From: Escherichia coli
Lineage (GTDB): Bacteria; Pseudomonadota; Gammaproteobacteria; Enterobacterales; Enterobacteriaceae
Length of the DNA: 64,000 nt
Strand: one strand, 5' to 3'
Assembly (NCBI RefSeq): GCF_030013595.1
Contig: NZ_CP122768.1
The notes beneath the pieces are model-generated. The model searched no databases. It had not been told where the DNA came from and was given only the letters and a program-made list of their open reading frames with translations. Positions 23,377-34,363 of the stretch are shown piece after piece (position 1 is the first letter of the stretch; the number at the start of each line of letters is the position of its first letter). Both the position numbers and the translations under genes were made by a program.

Positions 23377-24072
23377 ATGGGGATTGTTATGACACAACAA
23401 GGGGATGCTGTAGCCGGGGAGCTGGCGACAGAAAAAGTGGGCATTAAAGGGTATCTGGCTTTTTTTCTCACCATAATCTTTTTTTCCGGTGTTTTTTCCG
23501 GGACAGACAGTTGGTGGCGCGTTTTTGATTTTTCCGTGCTGAACGGATCGTTTGGGCAACTGCCTGGTGCGAACGGAGCCACCACCTCGTTTCGCGGCGC
23601 GGGTGGCGCGGGGGCTAAAGATGGCTTTCTCTTTGCGCTGGAGCTGGCACCGTCAGTCATTCTCTCTTTGGGGATTATTTCAATTACCGATGGTCTTGGC
23701 GGATTACGCGCCGCGCAGCAGTTAATGACGCCAGTGCTAAAACCGTTGTTGGGCATTCCAGGGATCTGCTCGCTGGCGCTGATCGCTAACCTGCAAAACA
23801 CCGATGCCGCCGCCGGTATGACCAAAGAGCTGGCGCAGGAAGGTGAAATTACCGAACGCGATAAAGTGATTTTCGCCGCATATCAAACCAGCGGTAGCGC
23901 CATTATCACCAACTACTTCTCTTCCGGCGTCGCGGTGTTTGCCTTTCTGGGCACGTCCGTAATCGTACCTTTAGCAGTCATCCTGGTGTTTAAATTTGTC
24001 GGAGCCAACATTTTGCGCGTCTGGCTTAACTTCGAAGAACGTCGCAACCCAACGCAAGGAGCGCAAGCATGA
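23377..24072 (+). CDS. yjiH: Nucleoside-recognition-domain membrane protein YjiH
   Basis: 231-aa hydrophobic ORF, 4-bp overlap with yjiG; synteny. Confidence 0.85.
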   Translation: MGIVMTQQGDAVAGELATEKVGIKGYLAFFLTIIFFSGVFSGTDSWWRVFDFSVLNGSFGQLPGANGATTSFRGAGGAGAKDGFLFALELAPSVILSLGIISITDGLGGLRAAQQLMTPVLKPLLGIPGICSLALIANLQNTDAAAGMTKELAQEGEITERDKVIFAAYQTSGSAIITNYFSSGVAVFAFLGTSVIVPLAVILVFKFVGANILRVWLNFEERRNPTQGAQA

Positions 24073-24530
24073 CAACTCAGGTCCGCAAAAACGTCATGGA
24101 TATGTTTATCGATGGCGCGCGCCGTGGCTTTACTATCGCCACCACCAACCTGCTGCCAAACGTGGTGATGGCGTTTGTCATCATTCAGGCGCTGAAAATT
24201 ACCGGCCTGCTCGACTGGGTGGGGCATATCTGTGAACCGGTAATGGCGCTGTGGGGATTGCCAGGTGAAGCGGCAACCGTCCTTTTAGCCGCATTAATGA
24301 GTATGGGCGGCGCAGTCGGTGTTGCCGCCAGTCTGGCAACCGCTGGCGCATTAACCGGTCACGATGTCACCGTTTTACTGCCCGCGATGTATTTAATGGG
24401 CAACCCGGTGCAAAATGTCGGTCGCTGCCTGGGGACAGCCGAAGTGAATGCCAAATATTACCCGCATATCATTACGGTCTGCGTGATTAACGCATTGCTG
24501 TCGATCTGGGTTATGCAGCTTATTGTTTAA
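24069..24530 (+). CDS. yjiG: Membrane protein YjiG (SpmB-like)
   Basis: 153-aa hydrophobic ORF coupled to yjiH. Confidence 0.85.
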   Translation: MTTQVRKNVMDMFIDGARRGFTIATTNLLPNVVMAFVIIQALKITGLLDWVGHICEPVMALWGLPGEAATVLLAALMSMGGAVGVAASLATAGALTGHDVTVLLPAMYLMGNPVQNVGRCLGTAEVNAKYYPHIITVCVINALLSIWVMQLIV

Positions 24531-24542
24531 CAAGGAGTTACC

Positions 24543-25715
24543 ATGATTGATTATACCGCAGCCGGTTTTACCCTGCTGCAGGGAGCGCATTTGTATGCGC
24601 CGGAAGATCGGGGAGTTTGCGATGTCCTCGTCGCTAACGGCAAAATTATCGCCGTTGCCAGTAATATCCCTTCTGACATTGTACCGGACTGCACGGTTGT
24701 CGATCTCAGCGGGCAGATCCTCTGCCCAGGTTTTATTGATCAACACGTCCATTTGATTGGCGGTGGCGGTGAAGCAGGTCCCACGACGCGCACGCCGGAA
24801 GTGGCGTTAAGTCGTCTGACGGAAGCGGGCGTCACGTCAGTGGTTGGTCTGCTCGGCACTGACTCTATCTCTCGTCACCCGGAATCCCTGCTCGCCAAGA
24901 CCCGTGCGCTCAATGAAGAAGGCATCAGCGCCTGGATGCTGACCGGCGCTTATCATGTCCCTTCCCGCACCATTACAGGTTCCGTGGAAAAAGACGTGGC
25001 GATTATCGATCGCGTGATTGGTGTGAAATGCGCCATCTCTGATCACCGTTCTGCCGCACCTGACGTTTATCACCTGGCTAATATGGCGGCGGAATCCCGC
25101 GTTGGCGGTTTGCTCGGCGGCAAACCTGGCGTCACCGTGTTCCACATGGGCGACAGCAAAAAGGCGTTACAGCCTGTCTATGACCTGCTGGAAAACTGCG
25201 ATGTGCCGATCAGCAAGCTGCTGCCGACCCACGTTAACCGCAACGTTCCGTTGTTTGAGCAGGCGCTGGAGTTTGCACACAAAGGCGGCACTATCGACAT
25301 CACCAGCAGCATTGACGAACCGGTCGCCCCTGCCGAAGGTATTGCCCGCGCCGTTCAGGCCGGTATTCCGCTGGCACGCGTCACCCTCAGCTCCGACGGC
25401 AACGGTAGCCAGCCGTTCTTCGATGACGAAGGGAATTTAACCCATATCGGTGTTGCAGGTTTTGAAACGTTGCTGGAAACCGTGCAGGTGCTGGTCAAAG
25501 ACTATGATTTCAGTATCAGCGATGCCCTGCGCCCGCTCACCAGTAGCGTAGCCGGTTTCCTTAACCTGACCGGGAAAGGCGAAATTCTGCCTGGCAATGA
25601 CGCAGACTTACTGGTCATGACGCCAGAATTGCGCATTGAGCAGGTATACGCTCGCGGCAAACTGATGGTCAAAGACGGCAAAGCCTGCGTGAAAGGAACG
25701 TTTGAAACGGCATAA
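24543..25715 (+). CDS. iadA: Isoaspartyl dipeptidase
   Basis: 390-aa ORF with amidohydrolase-type metal-binding motif (HVHLIGGGGE); synteny. Confidence 0.9.
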   Translation: MIDYTAAGFTLLQGAHLYAPEDRGVCDVLVANGKIIAVASNIPSDIVPDCTVVDLSGQILCPGFIDQHVHLIGGGGEAGPTTRTPEVALSRLTEAGVTSVVGLLGTDSISRHPESLLAKTRALNEEGISAWMLTGAYHVPSRTITGSVEKDVAIIDRVIGVKCAISDHRSAAPDVYHLANMAAESRVGGLLGGKPGVTVFHMGDSKKALQPVYDLLENCDVPISKLLPTHVNRNVPLFEQALEFAHKGGTIDITSSIDEPVAPAEGIARAVQAGIPLARVTLSSDGNGSQPFFDDEGNLTHIGVAGFETLLETVQVLVKDYDFSISDALRPLTSSVAGFLNLTGKGEILPGNDADLLVMTPELRIEQVYARGKLMVKDGKACVKGTFETA

Positions 25716-25779
25716 ACGGTTGTCAGCCGCCCGAATGGACGTAGAATGCCCGCAAGGGCGGCTGACAGAGTAAAACGTA

Positions 25780-26691
25780 ATGGATGACTGTGGTGCGGTT
25801 TTGCATAATATTGAAACTAAATGGCTTTATGATTTTCTGACCCTGGAAAAATGCCGCAATTTTTCCCAGGCGGCAGTTAGTCGCAACGTCTCGCAACCGG
25901 CATTCAGCCGCCGCATCCGTGCACTGGAACAGGCGATTGGCGTTGAATTGTTTAACCGCCAGGTGACGCCGCTGCAACTCTCGGAACAAGGGAAAATCTT
26001 TCATTCGCAGATCCGCCATCTGTTGCAACAGTTAGAAAGCAACCTGGCAGAGCTGCGTGGCGGCAGCGATTACGCGCAACGTAAAATCAAGATAGCCGCT
26101 GCACACTCTCTTTCCCTCGGTCTGTTACCGTCCATTATCAGCCAGATGCCGCCGCTCTTTACCTAGGCGATTGAAGCCATTGATGTTGATGAAGCGGTCG
26201 ATAAACTGCGTGAAGGGCAAAGTGACTGTATTTTTTCCTTTCACGACGAAGATTTGCTGGAAGCGCCGTTTGACCACATTCGCTTATTTGAATCTCAATT
26301 GTTCCCCGTCTGCGCCAGTGACGAACACGGAGAAGCACTGTTTACCCTCGCGCAGCCACACTTTCCGTTACTGAATTACAGCCGCAACTCCTACATGGGG
26401 CGATTGATTAATCGCACCCTGACGCGCCACAGCGAGTTAAGTTTCAGCACCTTTTTTGTCTCTTCGATGAGCGAGCTATTAAAGCAGGTTGCCCTCGACG
26501 GCTGTGGGATTGCCTGGCTGCCGGAATACGCCATCCAACAAGAAATTCGCAGCGGGCAGCTCGTTGTACTGAATCGGGAAGAACTGGTGATCCCGATTCA
26601 GGCCTACGCATACAGGATGAACACCCGTATGAATCCCGTTGCCGAACGCTTCTGGCGTGAACTGCGCGAACTGGAGATTGTGCTTAGCTGA
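25780..26691 (+). pseudogene. hypT: LysR-type regulator HypT (YjiE) interrupted by an in-frame TAG
   Basis: Two track ORFs (25780..26166 and 26254..26691) lie in the same frame, separated only by TAG at 26164..26166; I checked the codons on either side by hand and found no other stop. N-terminal HTH and C-terminal LysR substrate domain are otherwise intact. Confidence 0.8.
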
Positions 26692-27076
26692 CATTCTCCA
26701 GCGTCGCACTACGCCAACCGCCATTATCCCAGACCAGATCAAACGTTAGCGGTTCATCGTCGTGGTACAGCATTATCTCAAGGCTGATCGCCAGCGTGTG
26801 GCAGTACGCTTCTTTCAAATTGACCTGCAACGCCGCAATCCGTGGCTCATGAAATAACAGTGCAGAACGCAGCTGACGGCAATACCAGCTCTGAAGATGT
26901 TTGTCGCTCTGGTTATGCACTTGCCACTCGGGCATGCCTGAAACAAGTAATGACGGTAATGCCGAATGAGGAGAATTAAAAAGAGTGAGGAGATCGCTGC
27001 ATACCGATTTACGCAGCGATGACGTTTTATTGCCTGAAATTTCAGGTAAAACAGCCTGAAGTGATTGGCGCATCAT
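26684..27076 (-). CDS. iraD: Anti-adaptor protein IraD (RpoS stabiliser)
   Basis: [23 protein letters not shown]... (130 aa from the second Met); synteny next to hypT. Confidence 0.85.
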   Translation of the reverse strand: MMRQSLQAVLPEISGNKTSSLRKSVCSDLLTLFNSPHSALPSLLVSGMPEWQVHNQSDKHLQSWYCRQLRSALLFHEPRIAALQVNLKEAYCHTLAISLEIMLYHDDEPLTFDLVWDNGGWRSATLENVS

Positions 27077-27747
27077 TTTGCGCACTCCTGACGTTTAGCA
27101 ACATATGCGGCTTGCCCTGAACACCGGGCACCACTGTATTGATGCTCATTTTCCATAGCCATTCCCTTTTGTTCATTACATCCATGTCAGTCTGAGACAG
27201 GCCTGAATCCTGTCAGCAAAGTATAAAACCTTACTTGCCTATGAATATCTACTGACTTTTCAGGAAAAAAGTCATGATTTGATAAAAATCATCAAACTCA
27301 AAAAAAAACCGCTACTATATTCTGAATATTCCGAATAGTTACGTAGATGAAAATACTTGTCACCGCCGCCACTTAATTTCGGTGGGGAATTATTTATTTC
27401 CGCATAATCATTCATGCATTATTTGAAACAATTAGTTTGTAAATAATATAAATTGATAACATATCAAATACATCAAAAATACCATTCACAGGCATTATTA
27501 ATATAGACATCAATATAGCAACATCAAATTCCAATTAGTAATAAGATATGCTTTTAAATTGCATGCAAATAATTTTAAATGAGCGTTTTTTGATACTTTA
27601 GAGTGTTTCCCACCCTTTAATATCACTGTGTAGAGTTGATATCACTACAACAGAAACATGCATGTCATTTGTTTACTTCTCTTTTTACTACAGAAAAATT
27701 TATCTATTTTTCTAAGCATCAGTGAAATACTCATAAAGGTAACTATT

Positions 27748-28578
27748 ATGTCTATGCCATTAAGCAATGCCCTTCAGAGTCAAATTATTACAGATAATCA
27801 CTTCCTTCATCATCCAAAAGTCGACAATAAGTTAACACGTGAATATGAATATGCACGCATGGATACGGAAAATATCTATCTTCTGCCTCTTGCTCGTGGC
27901 AATAACCATAATTACGATGGAAAAAGCGTTGTCGAAATTAGAAAACTTAATATTAGCAAACAGTCCTGGCCATTTAATTATGTGACAGAAACATGCAGAG
28001 AATTCAATGGTATTACAACAACAGGACGTATGCTCTATCGAAACTTGAAAATCACCTCAGCTTTAGACGAAATATATGGTGGTATATGTAAAAAGGCGCA
28101 TGCTGCCACAGAGTTAGCGGAAGGATTACAACTAAATTTATTTATGAAGAGCCCCTCCGATCCTGTAGAGGACTATACTGTGCATGAAATAACATTAGGC
28201 CCTGGCTGCAATGTTCCTGGTTATGCCGGAACCACGATAGGATATATTTCAACACTTCCAGTTTCTCAGGCAAAAAGATGGACAAATGAGCAGCCAAGGA
28301 TTGATATCTATATTGATCAGATAATGACGGTAACAGGGGTAGCAAATTCTTCCGGATTCGCCGTTGCCGCATTACTTAATGCTAATATTGATATGGGAAA
28401 TGACCCAATAATCGGTATAGAAGCCTATCCCGGTACCGCGGAGATCCATGCAAAAATGGGGTATAAAGTTATCCCCGGTGATGAAAATGCGCCACTTAAA
28501 CGTATGACTCTGCAACCGTCATCTCTTCCAGAACTGTTTGAATTAAAAAATGGTGAATGGAATTATATTGGTAAATAA
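27748..28578 (+). CDS. yjiC: Uncharacterised protein YjiC
   Basis: ORF in track; start chosen at MSMPLSNAL (276 aa); AT-rich; synteny between iraD and uxuR. Confidence 0.7.
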   Translation: MSMPLSNALQSQIITDNHFLHHPKVDNKLTREYEYARMDTENIYLLPLARGNNHNYDGKSVVEIRKLNISKQSWPFNYVTETCREFNGITTTGRMLYRNLKITSALDEIYGGICKKAHAATELAEGLQLNLFMKSPSDPVEDYTVHEITLGPGCNVPGYAGTTIGYISTLPVSQAKRWTNEQPRIDIYIDQIMTVTGVANSSGFAVAALLNANIDMGNDPIIGIEAYPGTAEIHAKMGYKVIPGDENAPLKRMTLQPSSLPELFELKNGEWNYIGK

Positions 28579-28718
28579 CCACTGAGAAGAATGAGTACTA
28601 ATATTCAGGTTATACAGATAGTTAAACAATACCCTGCAATTTACAAAGTAATACTCATTGCAACTTCTTAATTTAAGAAAGCGCAAGGAACGTTTACCCT
28701 TGCGCTTATCATAATCAG

Positions 28719-29492
28719 TCAGGCGTCGACTTTATCCAACGGCCATGAATCAAACAGATAGCCGTCAAAATAAATATCGTCAACGTTCGAGAATTCCAGC
28801 AGACGTTGCTTAACGTTTTCCAGATGCTGCCACATTGCCAGCTTCGCCGCACGGGCATCTTTTTTGATTAACGCGGCGAGGATCTGTTTGTGATCGCCCA
28901 ACCACTCTTTGCGATACAGGCTGTCATCCAGATGGCTGTGCAACTGGATCCACATCGGATTGTTTTCCCGCCACTGCCAGGACTGACGGAATAGCTCCAC
29001 CAGCATGCTGTTATGCGTCGCTTCGGCAATGGCGAGATGGAACTGCATGTCACCACTTTCGCTGCTGCCCGGCGCGCTGGAAGCAAGCTCACGCTCTTCC
29101 AGTTGCAATGCCTGACGCATTTTGACGATATCTTCGCGGGTAGCCTGCAGGGCGGCAAATTCCGCGATGTTACTTTCCAGTAACTGACGCGCCTGTAACA
29201 GCTCAAAAGGACCGGCATCATTGCAGACGTTGGCATCCGGACTGTCTGTGTTCTGGCTGTCTGAGCTATCAAGAACATAAATACCGGCACCCCGGCGCAC
29301 TTCCACCAGCCCTTTGATCTCCAGCATGATCAGCGCTTCACGTACCACCGTCCGCGTGACATCAAGCATTTCTGCAATTTCACGCTCCGGCGGCAGCCGT
29401 TCGCCAGGATTGTACGGCGTCTTTATGATCAGATCGCGGATCATCGCCCCGACTTCCTGGTAAGGTCTTTGCGCAGAGGTGGCAGATTTCAT
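28719..29492 (-). CDS. uxuR: GntR/FadR-family repressor UxuR
   Basis: 257-aa ORF with GntR HTH and FCD domain; synteny with uxuAB. Confidence 0.9.
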   Translation of the reverse strand: MKSATSAQRPYQEVGAMIRDLIIKTPYNPGERLPPEREIAEMLDVTRTVVREALIMLEIKGLVEVRRGAGIYVLDSSDSQNTDSPDANVCNDAGPFELLQARQLLESNIAEFAALQATREDIVKMRQALQLEERELASSAPGSSESGDMQFHLAIAEATHNSMLVELFRQSWQWRENNPMWIQLHSHLDDSLYRKEWLGDHKQILAALIKKDARAAKLAMWQHLENVKQRLLEFSNVDDIYFDGYLFDSWPLDKVDA

Positions 29493-29705
29493 GGTGTTGT
29501 GTCCGTTAGGTGCGGTTAATCAAATTTTGCCGGATGCGGCGTGAATGCCTTATCCGGCCTACAACGGGCAATTTTACGGCACCCGTTAATCTCAAACTAT
29601 ACCATTAGCACTGGAAGTTGGCACGTACAGGTGGGCAAAAAAACGAAAACTGGTCAACCAAATATGCGTTTGATTGACCAGTAAGTCTGTAGGGTAATCA
29701 GTTAG

Positions 29706-31166
29706 TTACAGCGCAGCCACACACTCGCGCGCACCGCGTTCGCACAGCTGCTGATATGCCGCCGTCACCGCGCCAACAAAGTCGGCATTCTGCGGCAGAT
29801 CATCGGCAAAGATACCGCTCAGGCCCAGCAGCGCTTTCACGCGGTCTGCGCCCTGATACTGCGCGTTGATCTTCTGGAACTCCGCCAGCATCGGGTCGAC
29901 CACGTCAATAGCTTTACCCTGCTCATCCACGCCCTGGGTGTAACGCATCCAGCCAGCCACGCCCAGCGCCAGGTGACGCCAGCTACCGCCGTTTTGCAGG
30001 TGCAGACGCACCGGATCCAGCAGACGCTGCGGTAACTTCTGGCTGCCGTCCATTGCAATCTGCCAGGTACGGTGACGCAGAGACGGGTTGCTGAAACGCT
30101 CGATCAGCAGCGTCGCATAGGCGTTCAGGTCTGTACCTTCCGGCATCGACAGCGTTGGCGCTTGTTCCTGCATCATCAGGGCGAAGGCCGCTTTGCGATA
30201 ATCCGGGTTAGTCATGGTGTCGGCAATGGTTTCATAGCCGCCGAGGTAACCGAGGTACGCCAGGAAAGAGTGGCTGCCGTTAAGCATGCGCAGTTTCATC
30301 ATTTCGAACGGCACAACGTCTGCAACGAACTGTGCGCCCACTTTATCCCAGTCCGGACGACCATTAACGAAGTTATCTTCAATCACCCACTGACGGAACG
30401 GTTCGCAGGCAATGGCGCACGGGTCGTAAACACCCAGCTGGTCAGCAATTTCCTGTAAGGTTTCTGGCGTCGCCGCCGGAACGATGCGGTCAACCATGGT
30501 GCACGGGAAGGTGACGTTCTCTTCAATCCATGCCGCCAGCTGTGGATCACGCGCCTGAGCCAGCCCCAGTACCGCGACCTTCGCCACATGACCGTTTTCA
30601 CGCACGTTATCGCAGGACATCACCGTAAATGCTTTCAGCCCTTTTTCACGACGCAGACGCAAGGCTTCGACGATGTAACCAATCGCGGACTTCGGCGCAG
30701 TCGGGTTTTCCAGATCGTGCTTGATCAGCGGGTTATTGAGATCCAGCTGACCGCTTGCCGCATCGGCGCAATAACCTTTCTCTGTGACCGTCAGGGAGAC
30801 AATCGCCGTCTGCGGACGCGCCATCGCGTTGAGAATACCTTCACAACCGTCGATTTCCGGATGCAGGGCTTCTTTCATCGAACCGATAATTTTCAGCTCG
30901 GTGCTTTCTGCGCCTTTTTCCGCCACGGTGTACAGCAGTTGCTGTTTTTTCAGGTTTTCGATCAGCACGCGGTCGTTACCTGGCATCAGGTTAACTTCGC
31001 AGATACCCCAGTCGCTGTCGGTGCTTTCCAGCAGATGATGGGTATACAGCGCCTGGTGCGCGCGGTGAAACGCCCCGCAACCGAGATGCACAATGCGTGA
31101 TTCCAGACGAGAATGATCCCATGACGGGCGGGCAACCGGCAGATTGCTGTCAACAATAGTAGTCAT
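29706..31166 (-). CDS. uxuB: D-mannonate oxidoreductase
   Basis: 486-aa ORF, mannitol-dehydrogenase family with Rossmann motif HLGCGAFHRAH. Confidence 0.9.
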   Translation of the reverse strand: MTTIVDSNLPVARPSWDHSRLESRIVHLGCGAFHRAHQALYTHHLLESTDSDWGICEVNLMPGNDRVLIENLKKQQLLYTVAEKGAESTELKIIGSMKEALHPEIDGCEGILNAMARPQTAIVSLTVTEKGYCADAASGQLDLNNPLIKHDLENPTAPKSAIGYIVEALRLRREKGLKAFTVMSCDNVRENGHVAKVAVLGLAQARDPQLAAWIEENVTFPCTMVDRIVPAATPETLQEIADQLGVYDPCAIACEPFRQWVIEDNFVNGRPDWDKVGAQFVADVVPFEMMKLRMLNGSHSFLAYLGYLGGYETIADTMTNPDYRKAAFALMMQEQAPTLSMPEGTDLNAYATLLIERFSNPSLRHRTWQIAMDGSQKLPQRLLDPVRLHLQNGGSWRHLALGVAGWMRYTQGVDEQGKAIDVVDPMLAEFQKINAQYQGADRVKALLGLSGIFADDLPQNADFVGAVTAAYQQLCERGARECVAAL

Positions 31167-31246
31167 CGTAAACTCCAGAATCCGTCTTCAGAGAGTGACG
31201 GCAAGGAAGAAGGAACCGGCACGGCGCGCAGCCATGCCGGAGGATA

Positions 31247-32431
31247 TTAACGGCTAAAGAAAGCGCGCTGGATCGCCAGTTCGACACCGCGAACTTCGGC
31301 CAGGCCTTTCAGACGACCAATTGCGGAGTAACCTGGGTTGGTTTTCTTCTTCAGGTCGTCCAGCATCTGATGACCGTGGTCCGGACGCATCGGGATCAGG
31401 TCTTCTTTGCCTTCCGCTTTACGACGGTGTTCTTCTTCAACAATCGCTTTCACCACTTCGTACATATCAACGTCACCGTTCAGGTGCGCCGCTTCGTGGA
31501 AGGTTTTCGGGTTATCTTCACGCATGGTGGAGCGCAGATGGGTGAAGTAAATGCGCGGACCAAACTGCTTGATCATATCAACCAGATCGTTGTCAGCACG
31601 CACGCCGTAGGAACCGGTGCACATGGTGAAACCGTTCGCCATGCTGTTTACGGTATCAACCATCCACTGCATATCTTCAATGGTGGAAACAATGCGCGGC
31701 AGGCCGAGGATCGGGCGCGGCGGATCGTCCGGGTGAACAGCCATACGCACGCCGACTTCTTCGGCAACCGGAATAATCGCTTTCAGGAAGACAGCGAAGT
31801 TTTCGCGCAGTTTGGCTTTGTCGATATCTTTGTACAGCTCCAGGTGCTTACGGAACTGGTCGAGGGTATACCCTTCTTCCGCGCCCGGCAGACCGGCAAT
31901 GATGTTACGGGTCAGACGCGCTTTGTCTTCGTCGCTCATAGTGGCGAAGCGTTCAGCGGCCTGAGCAATTTCTTCTTCGGTGTAATCCGCTTCCGCGCCT
32001 GGACGCTTGAGGATATGCATTTCGAATGCAGCGAATTCGATCTGGTCGAAGCGCAGAGCTTTGGAGCCGTCTGGCAGCACGTATTCGAGGTCAGTACGGG
32101 TCCAGTCGAGCACCGGCATGAAGTTGTAGCACACGGTGCGAATGCCGCACTGCGCCAGGTTGCGCAGAGTCTGCTGATAGTTAGCGATCCACTGTTCATA
32201 GTTGCCAGTGTGGGTTTTGATATCTTCGTGAATTGGCACGCTTTCTACGACAGACCATACCAGGCCTGCGTCTTCAACGATCGCCTTGCGTTTGAGGATC
32301 TCTTCTACGGACCATACTTCGCCGTTCGGGATATGGTGCAGCGCGGTAACCACGCCAGTTGCGCCCGCCTGACGGACATCAGCTAAAGAAACCGGATCGT
32401 TTGGGCCGTACCAGCGCCAGGTCTGTTCCAT
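31247..32431 (-). CDS. uxuA: D-mannonate dehydratase
   Basis: ORF with start chosen at [14 protein letters not shown] (394 aa); UxuA family. Confidence 0.9.
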
Positions 32432-32770
32432 GATTTTTCCTCTTTCACATAGTGGGTTCCACAGCAAAGAGACGTGGAGCCCCGGAGTTGTTTAGGTATC
32501 CGGATGAACAACCAGACCGCAGCCGTGGCGTTGCATCGGATGAGATGGCGTATAAGTTCTACCTTTTGGTAAGACATGTCAACCCGAAATCTAAAATTGG
32601 TTAACCACATCACAAGAATTTCACTCTCCTGGTTGTTGCTGCAAATTGCAGCAAAGGGTAATCGATGGTTATTGATCAGAGGATGTGACATTCATCGCAA
32701 CAATGGTTGACCAATTTACATAACATGTCGCCCAAAATAACAACGGTTCAACCAGGTAAGGTAAAACGTT

Positions 32771-34114
32771 ATGCATGTGCTTAACATTCTCTGGGTGGTA
32801 TTCGGCATTGGTCTGATGCTGGTACTGAATTTGAAGTTCAAAATCAATTCAATGGTGGCTTTGTTGGTGGCGGCGCTGTCCGTCGGGATGCTGGCGGGCA
32901 TGGATTTGATGTCGCTGCTGCACACCATGAAAGCGGGCTTCGGCAACACGCTGGGGGAACTGGCTATCATCGTGGTGTTCGGTGCGGTCATCGGTAAATT
33001 GATGGTCGACTCCGGCGCGGCGCACCAGATAGCGCATACGCTGCTGGCGCGTCTCGGTCTGCGCTATGTACAGCTGTCGGTGATTATCATCGGCCTGATT
33101 TTCGGTCTGGCGATGTTTTATTAAGTGGCCTTTATCATGTTAGCGCCGCTGGTTATTGTTATTGCCGCCGAAGCTAAAATTCCGTTCCTGAAACTGGCGA
33201 TCCCGGCAGTAGCAGCTGCCACTACCGCACATTCACTGTTCCCACCGCAGCCGGGTCCGGTGGCGCTGGTGAATGCTTATGGCGCGGATATGGGGATGGT
33301 TTATATCTATGGCGTACTGGTGACGATCCCAAGTGTCATCTGCGCAGGTCTGATCCTGCCGAAGTTCCTCGGCAATCTTGAGCGCCCAACGCCATCATTC
33401 CTGAAAGCAGATCAACCGGTAGATATGAATAATCTGCCCTCTTTCGGCGTTTCGATTCTGGTGCCGCTGATCCCGGCGATCATTATGATCTCTACCACCA
33501 TCGCCAATATCTGGCTGGTAAAAGATACCCCTGCCTGGGAAGTGGTTAACTTTATCGGTTCCTCGCCGATTGCAATGTTTATTGCGATGGTGGTTGCATT
33601 CGTACTCTTCGGCACCGCGCGCGGGCACGATATGCAGTGGGTGATGAACGCTTTTGAAAGCGCGGTGAAGAGTATTGCAATGGTGATTCTGATCATCGGT
33701 GCGGGTGGCGTGCTGAAGCAGACCATCATCGACACCGGCATTGGCGACACCATCGGCATGTTGATGTCCCACGGCAATATCTCGCCCTACATCATGGCAT
33801 GGCTGATCACCGTACTGATTCGTCTGGCGACGGGTCAGGGTGTCGTTTCGGCGATGACCGCTGCCGGGATTATCAGTGCAGCAATCCTTGATCCAGCAAC
33901 TGGTCAGCTGGTTGGCGTGAATCCGGCGCTGCTGGTACTGGCGACGGCTGCGGGTTCCAACACCCTCACCCACATTAACGATGCATCTTTCTGGTTGTTC
34001 AAAGGTTACTTTGACCTGTCAGTAAAAGATACGTTGAAAACCTGGGGTCTGCTGGAGCTGGTCAACTCCGTGGTTGGGCTGATTATTGTGCTGATTATTA
34101 GCATGGTAGCGTAA
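32771..34114 (+). pseudogene. gntP: GntP-family gluconate/fructuronate permease interrupted by an in-frame TAA
   Basis: Track ORFs 32771..33124 and 33125..34114 are in one frame; the only break is TAA at 33122..33124 (...[15 protein letters not shown]...). Combined length 447 codons, as expected for GntP. Confidence 0.8.
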
Positions 34115-34169
34115 AAGAACACCTGAGCCTGCCATTGGCAGGCTCTGACTGATGACAAAGTCTAAAAAT

Positions 34170-34335
34170 GTGCCCGGCCAGTCCCCTCGCCCCTCCGGGG
34201 AGAGGGTTAGGGTGAGGGGAACAGACCAGCAAAGTGCGCTTTGTTTATGCCAGATGCGACGCTGACGCGTCTTATCTGGCCTACAAAGGGCTAACGTGCA
34301 GGTTTTGTAGGTCTGATAGCGTAGCGCCTCAGGTA
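34170..34335. repeat. Cluster of REP/BIME palindromic elements
   Basis: Convergent gntP-fimH intergenic region contains CCCCTCGCCCCTCCGGGGAGAGGG and TGCCAGATGCGACGCTGACGCGTCTTATCTGGCCTACA REP-type palindromes. Confidence 0.6.
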
Positions 34336-34363
34336 CCAGCATTAGCAATGCGCTGTAATTTTT

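Noticed and set aside
30588-31100. 170-aa plus-strand ORF
   Set aside because: Antisense within uxuB.
31370-32386. 338-aa plus-strand ORF
   Set aside because: Lies entirely antisense within uxuA; high-GC genes commonly carry long spurious antisense frames.
33395-33973. 192-aa minus-strand ORF
   Set aside because: Antisense within gntP; His/Arg-rich translation typical of a wrong frame.
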